DNA of 64,000 bases from Haliotis rufescens (GCF_023055435.1 NW_025964001.1:3286001-3350000); one strand, 5' to 3'. Positions 24,120 through 36,916 are shown, counted from the first letter of the stretch. Numbers and translations: made by a program. The notes: generated by a model not told the origin, from the letters alone.

Positions 24120-27100
24120 GTACACGTACTGTGCCGAACACGGCACACGTGCACACACTGAGGCGAACACGGTACACGTACACAAACTGAGGCGAACACA
24201 GTACACGTGTACACACTGAACCGAACACGGTACACGTACTTAAACTGAACCGAACACGGTACACGTACATACACTGAGGCGAACACGGTACACGTACACA
24301 CACTGAGGCGAACACGGTACACGTGTACACACTGAGGTGAACACCGTACACGTACACAAACTGAACCGATCACGGTACACGTACACACATTGAACCGAAC
24401 ACGGTACACGTACACACACTGAACCGAACACGGTACACGTACATACACTGAGGCGAACACGGTACACTTACACACACTGAACCGAACACGGTACACGTAC
24501 ATACACTGAGGTGAACACGGTACACGTACACAAACTGAACCGAACACGGTACACGGGCACACACTGAACCGAACACGGTACACGTACACAAACTGAACCG
24601 TACACGGTACACGTACACACACTGAACCGAACACGGTACACGTACACACATTGAACCGAACACGGTACACGTACACACACTGAGGTGAACACGGTACACG
24701 TACACACACTGAACCGAACAAGGTACACGTACACAAACTGAACCGAACACGGTACACGTACACACACTGAACCGAACACGTTTCACGTACACACACTGAG
24801 GTGAACACGGTACACGTAGACACATTGAACCGAACACGGTACACGTACACACATTGAACCGAACACGGTACACGTACACTCACTGAGGTGAACACGGTAC
24901 ACGTACACACACTGAGGTGAACACGGTACACGTACACACACTGAGGTGAACACGGTACACGTACACACACTGAACCGAACACGGTACACGTACACACACT
25001 GAGGTGAACACGGTACACGTACACACACTGAGGTGAACACGGTACACGTACATACACTGAACCGAACACGGTACACGTACACACACTGAACCGAACACGG
25101 TACACGTACACACATTGAACCGAACACGGTACACGTACACACACTGAGGTGAACACGGTACACGTACACAAACTGAACCGAACAAGGTACACGTACACAA
25201 ACTGAACCGAACACGGTACACGTACACACATTGAACCGAACACGGTACACGTACACACACTGAGGTGAACACGGTACACGTAGACACATTGAACCGAACA
25301 CGGTACACGTACACACATTGAACCGAACACGGTACACGTACACACACTGAGGTGAACACGGTACACGTAGACATATTGAACCGAACACGGTACACGTACA
25401 CACATTGAACCGAACACGGTACACGTACACTCACTGAGGTGAACACGGTACACGTACACACACTGAGGTGAACACGGTACACGTACACACACTGAGGTGA
25501 ACACGGTACACGTACACACACTGAGGTGAACACGGTACACGTACACACACTGAACCGAACACGGTACACGTACACAAACTGAACCGAACACGGTACACGT
25601 ACACAAACTGAACCGAACACGGTACACATACACACACTGAACCAAACACAGTACACGTACACACACTGAGGCGAACACGGTACACGTACACACACTGAAC
25701 CGAACACGGTACACATACACACACTGAACCAAACACGGTACACGTACACACACTGAGGCGAACACGGTACACGTACACACACTGAGGTGAACACGGTACA
25801 CGTACACACACTGAACCGAACACAGTACACGTACACACACTGAGGCGAACACGGTACACGTTCACACACTGAACCGAACACGGTACACGTACACACACTG
25901 AGGCGAACACGGTACACGTACACACATTGAACCAAACACGGTACACGTACACACACTGAGGCGAACACGGTACACGTACACACACTGAGGCGAACACGGT
26001 ACACGTACACACACTGAGGCGAACACGGTACACGTTCACACACTGAGGCGAACACGGTACACGTTCACAAACTGAACCGAACACGGTACAAGTGCACACA
26101 CTGAACCGAACACGGTACACGTACACTCACTGAGGTGAACACGGTACAAGTGCACACACTGAACCGAACACGGTACACGTACACACACTGAAGCGAACAC
26201 GGTACACGTTCACAAACTGAACCGAACACGGTACACGTACACACACTGAGGTGAACACGGTACAAGTGCACACACATTGAACCAAACACGGTACACGTAC
26301 ACACATTGAACCGAACACGGTACACGTACACACACTGAGGTGAACACGGTACAAGTGCACACACTGAGGCGAACACGGTACACGTACACACACTGAGGCG
26401 AACACGGTACACGTACACACACTGAGGCGAACACGGTACACGTACACACACTGAGGCGAACACGGTACACGTACACAAACTGAACCGAACACGGTACACG
26501 TACACACACTCAGGTGAACACGGTACAACTGCACACACTGAACCGAACACGGTACACGTACACACACTGAGGTGAACACAGTACAAGTGCACGCACTGAA
26601 TCGAACACGGTACACGTACACACACTGAGGCGAACACGGTACACGTTCACAAACTGAACCGAACACGGTACACGTACACACACTGAGGTGAACACGGTTC
26701 AAGTGCACACACTGAACCGAACACGGTACACGTACACACATTGAACCGAACACGGTACACGAACACATTGAACCGAACACGGTACACGTACACACATTGA
26801 ACCGAACACGGTACACGTACACACATTGAACCGAACACGGTAAACGTACATACACTGAACCGAACACGGTACACGTACACAAACTGAGGCGAACTCGGTA
26901 CACGTACACACACTGAGACGAACACGGTACACGTACACAAACTGAACCGAACACGGTACACGTACAGCCACTGAGGCGAACACGGTACACGTACACACAC
27001 TGAGGTGAACACGGTATACGTACACACACTGAACCGAACACGGCACACGTACACACTCTGAACCGAACACGGTACACGTACACACACTGAGGCGAACACG

Positions 27101-27310
27101 GTATACTTACACAAACTGAACTGAACACGGTACACGTACACACACTGAGGTGAACACGGTACACGTACACACACGGAATCGAAAACGGTACACGTACACA
27201 CACTGAACCGAACACGGCACACGTACACACACTGAGGCGAACACGGTACACGTACACACACTGAGGCGAACACGGTACACGTACACACACTGAGGCGAAC
27301 ACGGTACTCG
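24120..27310. repeat. 29-bp minisatellite CTGA(ACC/GGC/GGT)GAACACGGTACACGTACACACA, about 110 units
   Basis: Period 29. The minus-strand ORFs cycle through the same 29-aa pattern in all three frames. Confidence 0.97.
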
Positions 27311-27777
27311 TATACCCATTATGCAAACCAGAAGAAACATAGACGCATTTAACTTCAAGTTTCACACACTGAATAATCCAAAGCACGCACACCCAGGTTA
27401 ATATACAGGGACAAGGATAACCACACGCCCATTAAGCCTTCCGGGACAACATACATATATTCAACTGGATGTACCACACCTTGAACCATCCAGAGCACTT
27501 TACACTAACACACACCAACGGTGAACACGTAAGAGTTTGATAAAAACCTACACGCATTTACTGACGAGGAAAACCTAAACACAAGACAACGTATGATGAA
27601 CTCGCCTCCCCGGATATATATGTGAACGAAGCTGCCCGGCTGGGACAAGCTTAAACTAACGCTTAGTCTCTGAAAATATGTAACTTTGATAGAAATAAGT
27701 AACTCTATTTAAATTGCAAAGGAGTCCCAGTGAGGTAGGAGATTCAGAACCAGAAAGCCAAGATTTGCTACATTAAG

Positions 27778-28061
27778 TGAGTGAGTGAGTGAGTTGGGTT
27801 TAACGCCGCTTTTAACATTATTCCAGTTATATCGTGGCGTGTCAGCTTAATGTGGGAGGAAAGCTCGAAGTGATGCAGGTCTCAGACGTTTACCACTTCG
27901 GTGAAACCCACGAGCATGGGTATGGTGCTGACAAACCTAGAAACATAATTGGGGTGAACCGGGATTCGAACCCACAATCATAGGTTTCTGGTGTGTCCAA
28001 GGGACGCAACTCTGCACAGCGAATCGCGGCGCCGTAGACGACTGGGCCACCCGTGCCCCCC
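27778..28061 (-). mobile_element. SINE family C
   Basis: Full length. Perfect 12-bp TSD TGCTACATTAAG at 27766-27777 and 28062-28073. Confidence 0.92.
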
Positions 28062-29202
28062 TGCTACATTAAGGGCTTTGGCATTACAGAATTATGGGAC
28101 GAAGGGGAATATTTTGTGCATGACCCTATCAAAAACACAAGCTATGTGTTGAAAGACGTACTGCAAAGCTGAACAGACACAGCGAGAAAACAAAGCTTCA
28201 GTTAATGAGTATTGTTAACTTGCTGTCCAAGAGTTGATGGAAACGGAAGGAAGCCAATCTGGTATTATAGTTATAGACGCATGTATGATGACACCAGACT
28301 ATCGACGGCTGCATCTGTAGTCACGTGGTGTTCCTCCTGTCATCATCCCCCCCTCCTCCAACTGGGATCCAGACAAATTAGTTATTAATATTATCTCTGA
28401 CTAGTTCTTCTATTTCTCACCCGTAGGGACGGCATCAGTGTCAAGGAGAAGACGCTCTGACATCGTTGCAGTCATGATGTTGATACTGTCATCAACGATA
28501 TTGTCTTATAACCTAACGCTCCACATGTTTGGGGAGCAACCCTGCAGTTTAATGAAGAAAGATCAAGGATCAATATTTAGGGTTCCAATCCGCGGATCCT
28601 GGTACGAGCTTTTGGCGGCGCTGGTCATGCCATCGTGGTGCTGCAGATGGTGTCGAAGGTTATGCTACAGCGGCCTGACAATATACACATCTGTATGCAC
28701 GTCTTGTATGGCCTGATCCCCGCTGCAGGAAATGATAAACGATGCATACAGCTTGATATTGCCTCCGTTTGTTTGGCCATTACAGTCCGTGAAGCCTGAG
28801 ATGGCAGACAACGAAGCGTGATGGAGGAGACGGCGGTAATTGATTGGTCATCAACAGGTGCGCGTTATCTGCCCAAGGGAGTTAAGACGAGCGCTGGCTA
28901 ACGTGGCCTGATAGCGCTCACACACACGTCTGTGGCACTCGAAACCTCCATTTGTCTTTATGAAAACATGGCGCAGCGTCCAACTACAAACACTTCAAAT
29001 TCACTTATCCACCGTACGTTCTCAGTTTTCGAGGAACCAAAGGCGAGGTAACCCCTACTTTGGTTTTTTCATCATGTTAGAGTGTTTTGTCAGTAGAATA
29101 GTAAAGCAGACATTTTCCTATTTCCATTCACGGCCAGATGCACCCGCTATAACACGCTATCCTGGGCATGTGCGCCAGCATGGGAACAAAGGTCAAAATA
29201 CC

Positions 29203-29376
29203 AACAGGGACATATGGCTCCCCGAAGAGGTCACCCTGGTTAGGCCTAACTACAGGGGACACGTGGCTCCCTGAACAGGTCACTTTATCTACAGGGGACA
29301 CGTGACTCCCTGAACAGGTCACTCCATCTACAGGGCACACGTGGCTCCCAGAACAGGTTGCTCTCTTTCTACAGGG
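29203..29376. repeat. Short 39-bp minisatellite ACAGGGGACACGTGGCTCCCTGAACAGGTCACTTTATCT (3-4 units)
   Basis: Direct reading. Confidence 0.8.
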
Positions 29377-30499
29377 AATACACTACGAAACTGGTAGGTT
29401 CACCAGTTATTTTGAAATATGAATGAATCAAACATTGTCAAACCGAAGTGAGCAAAATGATTAAGGAATGTTTTGTTTGACCAAACGAATAAGCCGACGT
29501 TGCATTTTGATGGAATCAATTTCATCTCTGTAAATCATCTTCTTGTGTCAACAAAGACTCCCTTCACTCTTGAGTGGCTTCCGGCAAGCCGCTAGTCTGT
29601 CTTACAGACCCTGATACAAATATATATCAAATACAGCCCATGCAAGTCTATAATGTTTGGCAAGTCTAGATTACTGGAGTATCAGTATCTGAAAATTAAG
29701 AGAGTCACTGGGCTCCCTTGTATTATATTTTTATTAAGATAACTGAACAACTGTTTTTTCTGTACATGTTCATTTCAGAGACTAGATGTTAGTCTAGCAA
29801 GCCGCCACAACTGGCCAGCTTCCCTTCGCATCATCATCAATCTCAGCTCGATGAGGCTGGTACGACGTCAGTCCCTCTCCGACAGTGCTAGCTTCTAAAA
29901 GCATGTCATTAGGCTCATTAGCGTGTCTGCCCCCACCTCTCCTTGCCTCTCTGTCCCTGGAGATATGTATGGGCTGAACGCTGTGTCTCCCATAACCACT
30001 GGCATCAACTCTGGTTCATAGCGAACAACATCGTCGACATTGGCGACCTGTAATAGATAACTTTTCAGGGAGATCAATGCCACGGTTCAATTAATACAAA
30101 TCTCATGGGATTACGGGGTTACTAGAATATCGTATTGAGAAGGAGCCTACGGAATGCCGTTGATCTGAAACATATGGTTGCAGAAGCGTATGCGCGGTAA
30201 AACGGAGTTAGTCCAGGGACTGAATACTCCCACAGTAGAAGGAGAATCATCCGGCCAGGTTAAATGATGACTTTCCTCTCTCCATAACAAACTGACTGAA
30301 TGGATGTTGATAAATGCCGCAGTTATTCATATTCCGTCTATGTCACTCCGGCCTGTAAAAAAACGAGGCAAACCAGTGACTGAGTCTGACCACCCGTTTC
30401 TGGTTGTTTTTTGGGGTAGTTTTTGTTGTTGTTGTTTTGTATTTTAATTTGTTTTGTTTTCTTTCGGGGGGGTACTTAAAGAAGACCACATCTCATAAT

Positions 30500-30502
<3 letters not shown>

Positions 30503-30558
<56 letters not shown>
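30503..30558. repeat. (GA)n microsatellite
   Basis: Direct reading. Confidence 0.97.
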
Positions 30559-30561
<3 letters not shown>

Positions 30562-30639
30562 ACAGAATGATATCTCTCAGTACATCTCCGCCCTTCTCTG
30601 AACGTAATGTTAAACAGGGGAAAACTCAATCTAGGAGTT

Positions 30640-31020
30640 CGGATTAACAGGTTGTTAAGGTTTGTTGCGTTTGCCAGGAGAAAGAAACTTTGTTCCTATC
30701 TAGTGTACTTCTAAGGAGGTCAATCGTGAGTTTGACAGTTTGAGGCAGTTGGTTTGCTAGCGGTTTTTAGCAGTGTGTGTCAACAGACATTCGGACATAT
30801 CTTGACGAACAGAAAGTGGATCAGTTACACCAGACTGCTTCTCATAATGTTAGTTCTAGGCAGTCAGGGCTTTCAGGCAGGAATTCACATGTTACAAATC
30901 AGGAATGGATAGTTCAGCCCCTCCTAGATCTAATTCTAACATTTCTCAGGTTCTGAGTTTGTCCCCACTTGCAGATAGTGCCATGAGCCAGGACATGTCA
31001 TTTCTGTGTGTAAAAAGTTT
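30640..31020 (+). pseudogene. gag: Retrotransposon gag relic (SCAN-like capsid C-terminus plus CCHC knuckle)
   Basis: Translated fragments EVNREFDSLRQLV and QCVSTDIRTYLDEQKVDQLHQTA; knuckle at ~30967-31017 with an in-frame stop. Confidence 0.7.
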
Positions 31021-31119
31021 ATCCTTTCCCTAATGCTTTTGTGAGTGTCGAGTCACAGCCTTGTTGTGGTTCGGGTAATGAAGACTTAGCCTTTGTGGAC
31101 CAGTCATCAAAGTCTGGGG

Positions 31120-31470
31120 TTGTGAGAGAGGAGTACTTACCTTTTGTTAGTAAGGGTTTCGTGTCACCTAAACGTGACACTTCCAATGTTAAGCCCATTA
31201 CCGTTGTGATACTTGTGCTCGGCAAACTCTGCTTTTGGTGGTACTTTGCCACTTCCGAAGAGTCATCAGCAAACTCTGAGGTTTTGTTAGAGGGTTTATG
31301 TGGTTCTACGAGTGCATCTCTCCATTTTATGAATTTGACAGATTTGGTGTCAGGGTTGGTAAGGTGGAGGTTGCAAAAACAGCTCCTGTTAACGGTGTAG
31401 ACATGTCCATTGGGAATCATTTGGCAGGGGGAAATAGTTGGCTGATCCTGTTGTTGGTCATGAGCCTAGC
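31120..31470 (+). pseudogene. Retrotransposon aspartic protease relic
   Basis: YLPFVSKGFVS..VKPIT, frameshifted DTCARQTLLL (degenerate DTG), then PVNGVDMSIGNHLAGG. Confidence 0.65.
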
Positions 31471-32112
31471 ACTTCGGAAAGGACTGAAAATCTTGAAAAA
31501 GAAACTCCACGTATTATTCCTTCATGTTTAGTTACTCGTGCTGTGGCTAAACAGCTTTCTTCTGAGAATGATTCCAGTTATGATTTGACTGGCACCTGTA
31601 TCGATCATTCTCTTGACCTGTCTTAATTGTCAAGGAAGAGTACTCCAAATTCTGACAATTGGGCTGTTGATGAACCAGTTCTGAGCAATGAGCAGTTGGT
31701 TAGGTTACAGGGGGAAGATCTCAAAAGTCTTACCAATAGGGCACTCTCTTTAGAAGACGCTGACATGGTTCCAGTTTGTTATTATTTTACGGATTACGGA
31801 TTAGGAAATGGAGGCCGCCAGAAGGCTTTTCATCAAATTGTTCTTCAATGTTCATTTCGACAATGTTGTGTTGACTTTGTCACATACAACTCCTTTGGCA
31901 GGTACTTTTGGGTGTGAATAAAACTTGTGACACTTTTCTATCCCATTTCTTTGGGGTTATTTTACGGCATGGTGTGGCAGAATTTTGCAAAACGTGTCAA
32001 ATGGTTGGCAAACCTAATCAGAAAATTTCAGCCGCACCTTTGAAACCCATTCCAGCCTTTGAAGAACCTTTCAGCAGGGCCATCATTGATTGTGTTGGTA
32101 CTTTGCCTAAGA

Positions 32113-32392
32113 GTGAGTGAGTGAGTTGGGTTTAACGCCGCTTTTAACAGTATTCCAGTTATATCACGGCGTGTCAGCTTAATGTGGGAGGAAAGCTTGA
32201 AGTGATGCAGGTCTCAGACGTTTACCACTTCGGTGAAACCCATGAGCACGGGTATGGTGCTGACAAACCTAGAAACATAATTGTGGCGAACCGGGATTCG
32301 AACCCACAATCATAGCTTTCTGGCGTGCCCAAGGGATGCAACTCTGCACAGCGAATCGCGGCGCCTTAGACGACTGGGCCACCCGTGCCCCC
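32113..32392 (-). mobile_element. SINE family C inserted in the integrase
   Basis: TSD CT(T/G)TGCCTAAGA at 32101-32112 and 32393-32404. Confidence 0.92.
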
Positions 32393-32749
32393 CTGTGCCT
32401 AAGACTATAATTAGGAATTCAGTATATGCTTACTATCATGTGTGCTTCCACAAGGTATCCAGAGGCTAATTCTTTATGGTAAATTATGACTCATGTTATT
32501 ATCGAGACTTTGGTAAAGTTCTTCACTATGGTTGCTTTGCCAACGACTATTCAGGCACATCAGGGCTGTAATTTCATGTCAGGTGTTTTCCAACAAGCTA
32601 ATGCTTATCATCCTGAATCTCAGGGAGCTTTAGAGGGTTGTCATCAGACTCTTAAGAATAAAAAGGATTCTTTTGAGGACTGAAAAGGATTAGGATGAAG
32701 ACATTCATTTGTTCTTTGCTGTGAGGGAGTTCAGGGGTCCTTAGGGTTT

Positions 32750-33250
32750 AGAGCTCCAGATAAGCTTTTGGTGTTGTGGGTATTTTACCCATGCATTTTA
32801 AAATCATTGGGTATCAGTAATTATATCTGGGTATTCAAATTTCTGTTACCCACTAGTTTTTACACATGTTGGTTTTTAAGTTAAATATTTAAAAACACTA
32901 TTCATCTAGTCCCTGCAAACTGGTGTCGTGTGGGTTCGAGAGCTTTATAGGACTCAACAATATGATACTTCCACAAGAAAGTGTGATGGCAAATGATCAT
33001 GATGTAACTGTCATCGTGGAGTTTGGCAAGCTTGACGGAATGTCCGTTTATAATTTCAAAATAAGTTGCTGATTTGCTAATCGAATACGCAGGGTTACTT
33101 CACAACATGTTGATGATACGCACAAGTTATATTATTGTAGCGTATCTGTAATGTTCGTTGCGTATTTGATACGCTTGAATTTTATTTTACTGCGTACTTC
33201 TGCATTTCTGATGCGTATTTTACGCAGATACGCAGCTTATCTGGAGCTCT
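32750..33250. mobile_element. ~500-bp non-autonomous TIR element (MITE) inserted in the integrase
   Basis: 17-bp TIR AGAGCTCCAGATAAGCT / AGCTTATCTGGAGCTCT. Removing it restores an SLGF-SPFDLVFGHTVRG-like integrase segment. Confidence 0.85.
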
Positions 33251-33982
33251 GTCAGTCCTTTGACCTTGTCTTTGGCCATACTGTCCGTGGACATTTAAAG
33301 CACTTGAATGAGCATTGGTTTGGTGATAGGTCTGAAATGAGTCTGTGGGAGTTTGTTTCATCAGTTCGTGCTAGGCTTTCTAAAGCTTGTGAAGTTGCTG
33401 GGGATGGCGTGAAAGAATCCCAGGACATAATGAAAGTACATTCTCATGAGAGACATTTCAGTCCTGGCGATAACGTTTTCTTGTTTTTGCCAATCCCTGG
33501 TCAACCATTACGTCCTAGGTACCATGGTCTTTATGTCATTGATAGGAAAGTCAGATATACTGACTATGTTGTACAAACACCAGGCCGTCGTAAAACAGCT
33601 TTGTGATGTCAATATGATTAGAAAGTATCATGAAAGAAATGACAGTGTACCTACTCAGTGTTGCCAATGTTTCTCCTGTGGTTGTTGTATCAGATTTTGA
33701 TTCTGATGAGAATTGTGACTTTGTGAAGTTTGATGGCATTGCTGAGCATGCTAGCCCTAAGCTAGACAATTCTGAAGTTATCTCTAACTTAAATGTTAAG
33801 TTCGGTTATTTTTCAAAAGGCTCAAGTGTCAAAGTTAATTCAAGAGTTTACTCACTTGTTTTGTTTACAGATGTACCTGGCCATACAGATTTAGCATGTC
33901 TTAATGTAGGTGCAGGTGACACTCTGCCTGTGTAATAACATCCATACCGGATGAATCCAATCAAGCTTGAAGCTTTGCCTCT

Positions 33983-34097
33983 CCCTTATCCCTTAGATCT
34001 CCCTCCTGCCTGAGATCCCTTATCCCTTAGATCTCCCTTATCCCTTAGATCTCCCTTATCCCTTAGATCTCCCTTCTGCCTGAGATCCCTTATCACC
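33983..34097. repeat. Pyrimidine-rich minisatellite (~18-19 bp, TCCCTTATCCCTTAGATC)
   Basis: Direct reading; lies at the Gypsy-RT / LINE junction. Confidence 0.85.
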
Positions 34098-34099
34098 AT

Positions 34100-35460
34100 A
34101 TATTTTTATATTATGCGTTACCATTTTGGGTATAATGATCAGAAAAGATAAAAACATAGGAGATAAAAATGTTTGTAACATTGAATTTATTCTGTTACAA
34201 TTCGCTGATGATACCAAGTTAACATGAGATGGTAGAGAAAAAGGTCTCTATGCTGTGTTTATTGTTCTGCAGTTTTTCACGCGTTTTTTTTTATTAATAA
34301 TAATATTGAGAAGGCCAAGATGCAAACAATGTAAAGAGTGATAATCACAAACATAATTTACACTGTCAGGATTACATTTCGATATCAACTTATGAAATAT
34401 GAAAGAAAAATACTAAGAGGACAAACTAAATATGATGCAAAAGGAAATCAACGTATGGCAGGTTCGGACACTCACACCTATTGGAAGAAATGTGGTATTG
34501 AAATCCCTCATGTTACCTGAATAAAATCATCTCTTCTCGGGATTGCCAAATCCATCAACCGATGCCATTAAATATCTACAAACATTTGTATTAAGGTATC
34601 AAAAAGTATAGAAACTATCACTGTCCAAAATGTTAGTTAATTGATAAGTTAATATTTGATAATAAAAAGTGGGCTGTTCTTTTTGTTAAAATGCTTGCTG
34701 AAAGGCCTCTCGCTTTGCATGTGAGTAGATCCTATATTGATAAACAAAAGAATACCAAAATGTACAAATATATTTTGCGAGGACGTTACATCACTGTGTA
34801 AGAATCCGCAATACAATCACAATCAATGTTGCATAATATTGATATAAAGATCGTTTAGGTATTACCATTGTTATGAAAAAGGAATATTTTTTGTTAACAA
34901 TTTAATAAATGAAAATGGCATTTTCTATACTTCACATACATTTTCTGAAATATGAAGGCATTAAGAAAGCTTTTGATGATTTCATGAAAAAGCTTAATTT
35001 TAGACATTTTAAAGAAAAGCTCTCCAATCCTATATTTCCTTATAACCTATCGGTTTTTAAAAAAGAAGGTACGGATAAATATTACAAAATTCTTCTTAAC
35101 TCAAGGTTTACTAGACTACCTTGTCACCAAAAATATAAAGATATGGTCCTGAAAGATTTTACAGATAAGGAGGGAAATTTTCAATATTATACCATTAAAA
35201 TGTACACTGAGTTCAGGTTGGATTTGGTTACAATGAAATTAATGCACAATATATTTCCATCAATAAAGTTTGTTTACAATATAAGATATACTGACACACC
35301 TGACACATATGTAGTTTTTGTAAACTATAGAACACCTTCCTGGGGATTGTGATGCTGTTAATACTTTTTGGAAAGACATTGAAAACTGGATACTAACACC
35401 ACAAGACATTACTTTCACCTTATCAAAGAGAAACATAACTTTACTAGTTAAACAAATAAT
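34100..35460 (+). mobile_element. Decayed L1/Tx1-type LINE ORF2 fragment occupying the place of most of the Gypsy RT
   Basis: EFILLQFADDT at ~34184-34216, then DG.EKGLYAVFIVLQFF..IEKAK. Downstream ORF 34909-35352 and WDCDAVN.FWKDIENWI resemble the zf-RVT C-terminal region. Clade is inferred. Confidence 0.7.
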
Positions 35461-35479
35461 TTTCAGATGAAGTACTGTT

Positions 35480-35906
35480 CTCCAAGCTCCAATTTTTAAA
35501 ACCTTTCAGATTGGCAATAGTAGCTATGGACATTAGTCCTGAATCTGTCTTATTGCAAGAATATGCATCAGGCTTTGATCCTCTTGTTTGTTATTATTCA
35601 CGAAAATGTGACAACCATCAGATAAATTATTCCATCATTGAAAAAGAAACCTTTGTCCTATTATTAGCGTTGCAACAATTTGAAGTGTATTTGTGTACAT
35701 TGTTTCATATTCAAGTGTACACTGACCACAATCCACTGATTTCTCTTCATAAAATGAAGAACAGAAACCAGCGCTTAATGCACTGGCGCTTGTCTTTGCA
35801 AGAATTGTATAAGGACTTCAGACATTTTAAGAGCAAAGACCACATTATTGCTGATGCAGTATCACGGTGCTTGGATGTCATCAGTTTTGACTGCAAACAT
35901 GAGTGA
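35480..35906 (+). pseudogene. Ty3/Gypsy RNase H relic
   Basis: FRLAIVAMD..VLLQ..VCYYSRK..NYSIIEKETFVLLLALQQFEVYL..VYTDHNPL..RLMHWRLSLQ..HIIADAVSR. Confidence 0.9.
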
Positions 35907-35924
35907 CAGGAAACTTTTTTCTCC

Positions 35925-36485
35925 GAAAGGGGAGAGTGTGTTATGACAGTGTAATTTATTGTTGTAATTGTATCACATTGTTTCTGTTGAGATTCAGTAG
36001 AAGTTCATATAGCATGGTGTTTTGACAATGGTTAGTTGTCAGGAATGTAGTACAATCTAATGTAAGCAGTTGTGTGAAAGTTACTACATTTAGATGCTTC
36101 TGGAGTCAAACGTCATCTGGAATGTTCTGTAGAACAGCTAGACTATTCCAACATTGCATAGAATCTACTAGAAGGTATTTAGACGATATAAAGGGATCAA
36201 TGCATGTGTCTCACATCTCAAATGATGTGTAGAAGAGCGGATGTTTGATCATTGTTTTTTATCCTGGATATACAGCCTAGGCCTTTTTTGGAAGCTTGAC
36301 AGCTGTTGCTGCAAGGTGAATATTGTTACTACTGCTATTATATTTCATACTGCCATTGAAATTGTACTTTCATTGAATTTTGTACTGCCACGCCTTTGCA
36401 TCCTGCCATTGCAATTGTTGTGTAGTAGTTTGTAATGATTTGTAAACCTTGTTAATTTTGTAATACACTTGTTAATTGTATAACA
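35925..36485 (+). repeat. Polypurine tract (35925-35936) and probable 3' LTR starting TGTTAT at 35939
   Basis: GAAAGGGGAGAG just after the pol stop. The inverted end ATAACA at 36480-36485 is one candidate; an alternative end lies near 36940, beyond the SINE. Confidence 0.55.
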
Positions 36486-36566
36486 TTTGTTTGTTATGTA
36501 TTGATTTCACACTGAGTTATTTTACGTATAGATTTCTTAGTTAACTTATTGTTTCAAGTAGGAAGT

Positions 36567-36916
36567 GAGGTGAGGTGAAATGGGGTTTAACGTCGCGTCC
36601 AAGATTATTGCACTTATATAGCGACGTGCATGCACGTGTGTGTGTGTGGCTGCTTGTACTAGTCCGGACCGATGCCGATTTATAGTGCTAGCTCACTGAG
36701 GTACCATGCCACAGTTTAACATGAATACCCCACTCAGACACAGTATACTGACTCCGAGCCGACCAGTCCTTGTTTTAGCCCCTAAATGCCGAGCGCCAGA
36801 CAGGGTAACAACAAGTACCATCTTTTAACATCTTTTGGTATGACGCGGCCGGGGATCAAACCCCGGACCTTCCGCTCTCCGGGCGGACGTTCTACCACTA
36901 GACCACGGAGGCGGTC
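36567..36916 (-). mobile_element. SINE family B
   Basis: Full length; TSD AAGT(A/T)GGAAGTG. Confidence 0.92.

Larger units (their letters stand above)
31860..33640 (+). pseudogene. Retrotransposon integrase relic (HHCC, DDE core, GPY/F), interrupted by SINE C and a MITE
   Basis: ORFs 31908-32120, 32486-32683 and the 3' part of 33151-33606 carry typical Gypsy integrase motifs. Confidence 0.88.
30570..36485 (+). mobile_element. Decayed Ty3/Gypsy LTR retrotransposon with Gmr1-like order (gag-PR-IN-RT-RH, 3' LTR); 5' LTR not found
   Basis: gag relic FDSLRQLV..QCVSTDIRTYLDEQK and knuckle C-R-*-C-HEPG-H-VISV-C; protease remnant; integrase (GVNKT...FCKTC, PFSRAIIDCVG, AYHPESQGALE, PRYHG); RT N-terminus FTDVPGHT..HPYRMNP; RNase H YYSRK..NYSIIEKE..VYTDHNPL; polypurine tract followed by TGTTA. 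Confidence 0.88.

Noticed and set aside
23963-27392. Cys/Val-rich ORFs up to 629 aa
   Set aside because: Products of a largely stop-free 29-bp unit; the same peptide cycle appears in all three frames.
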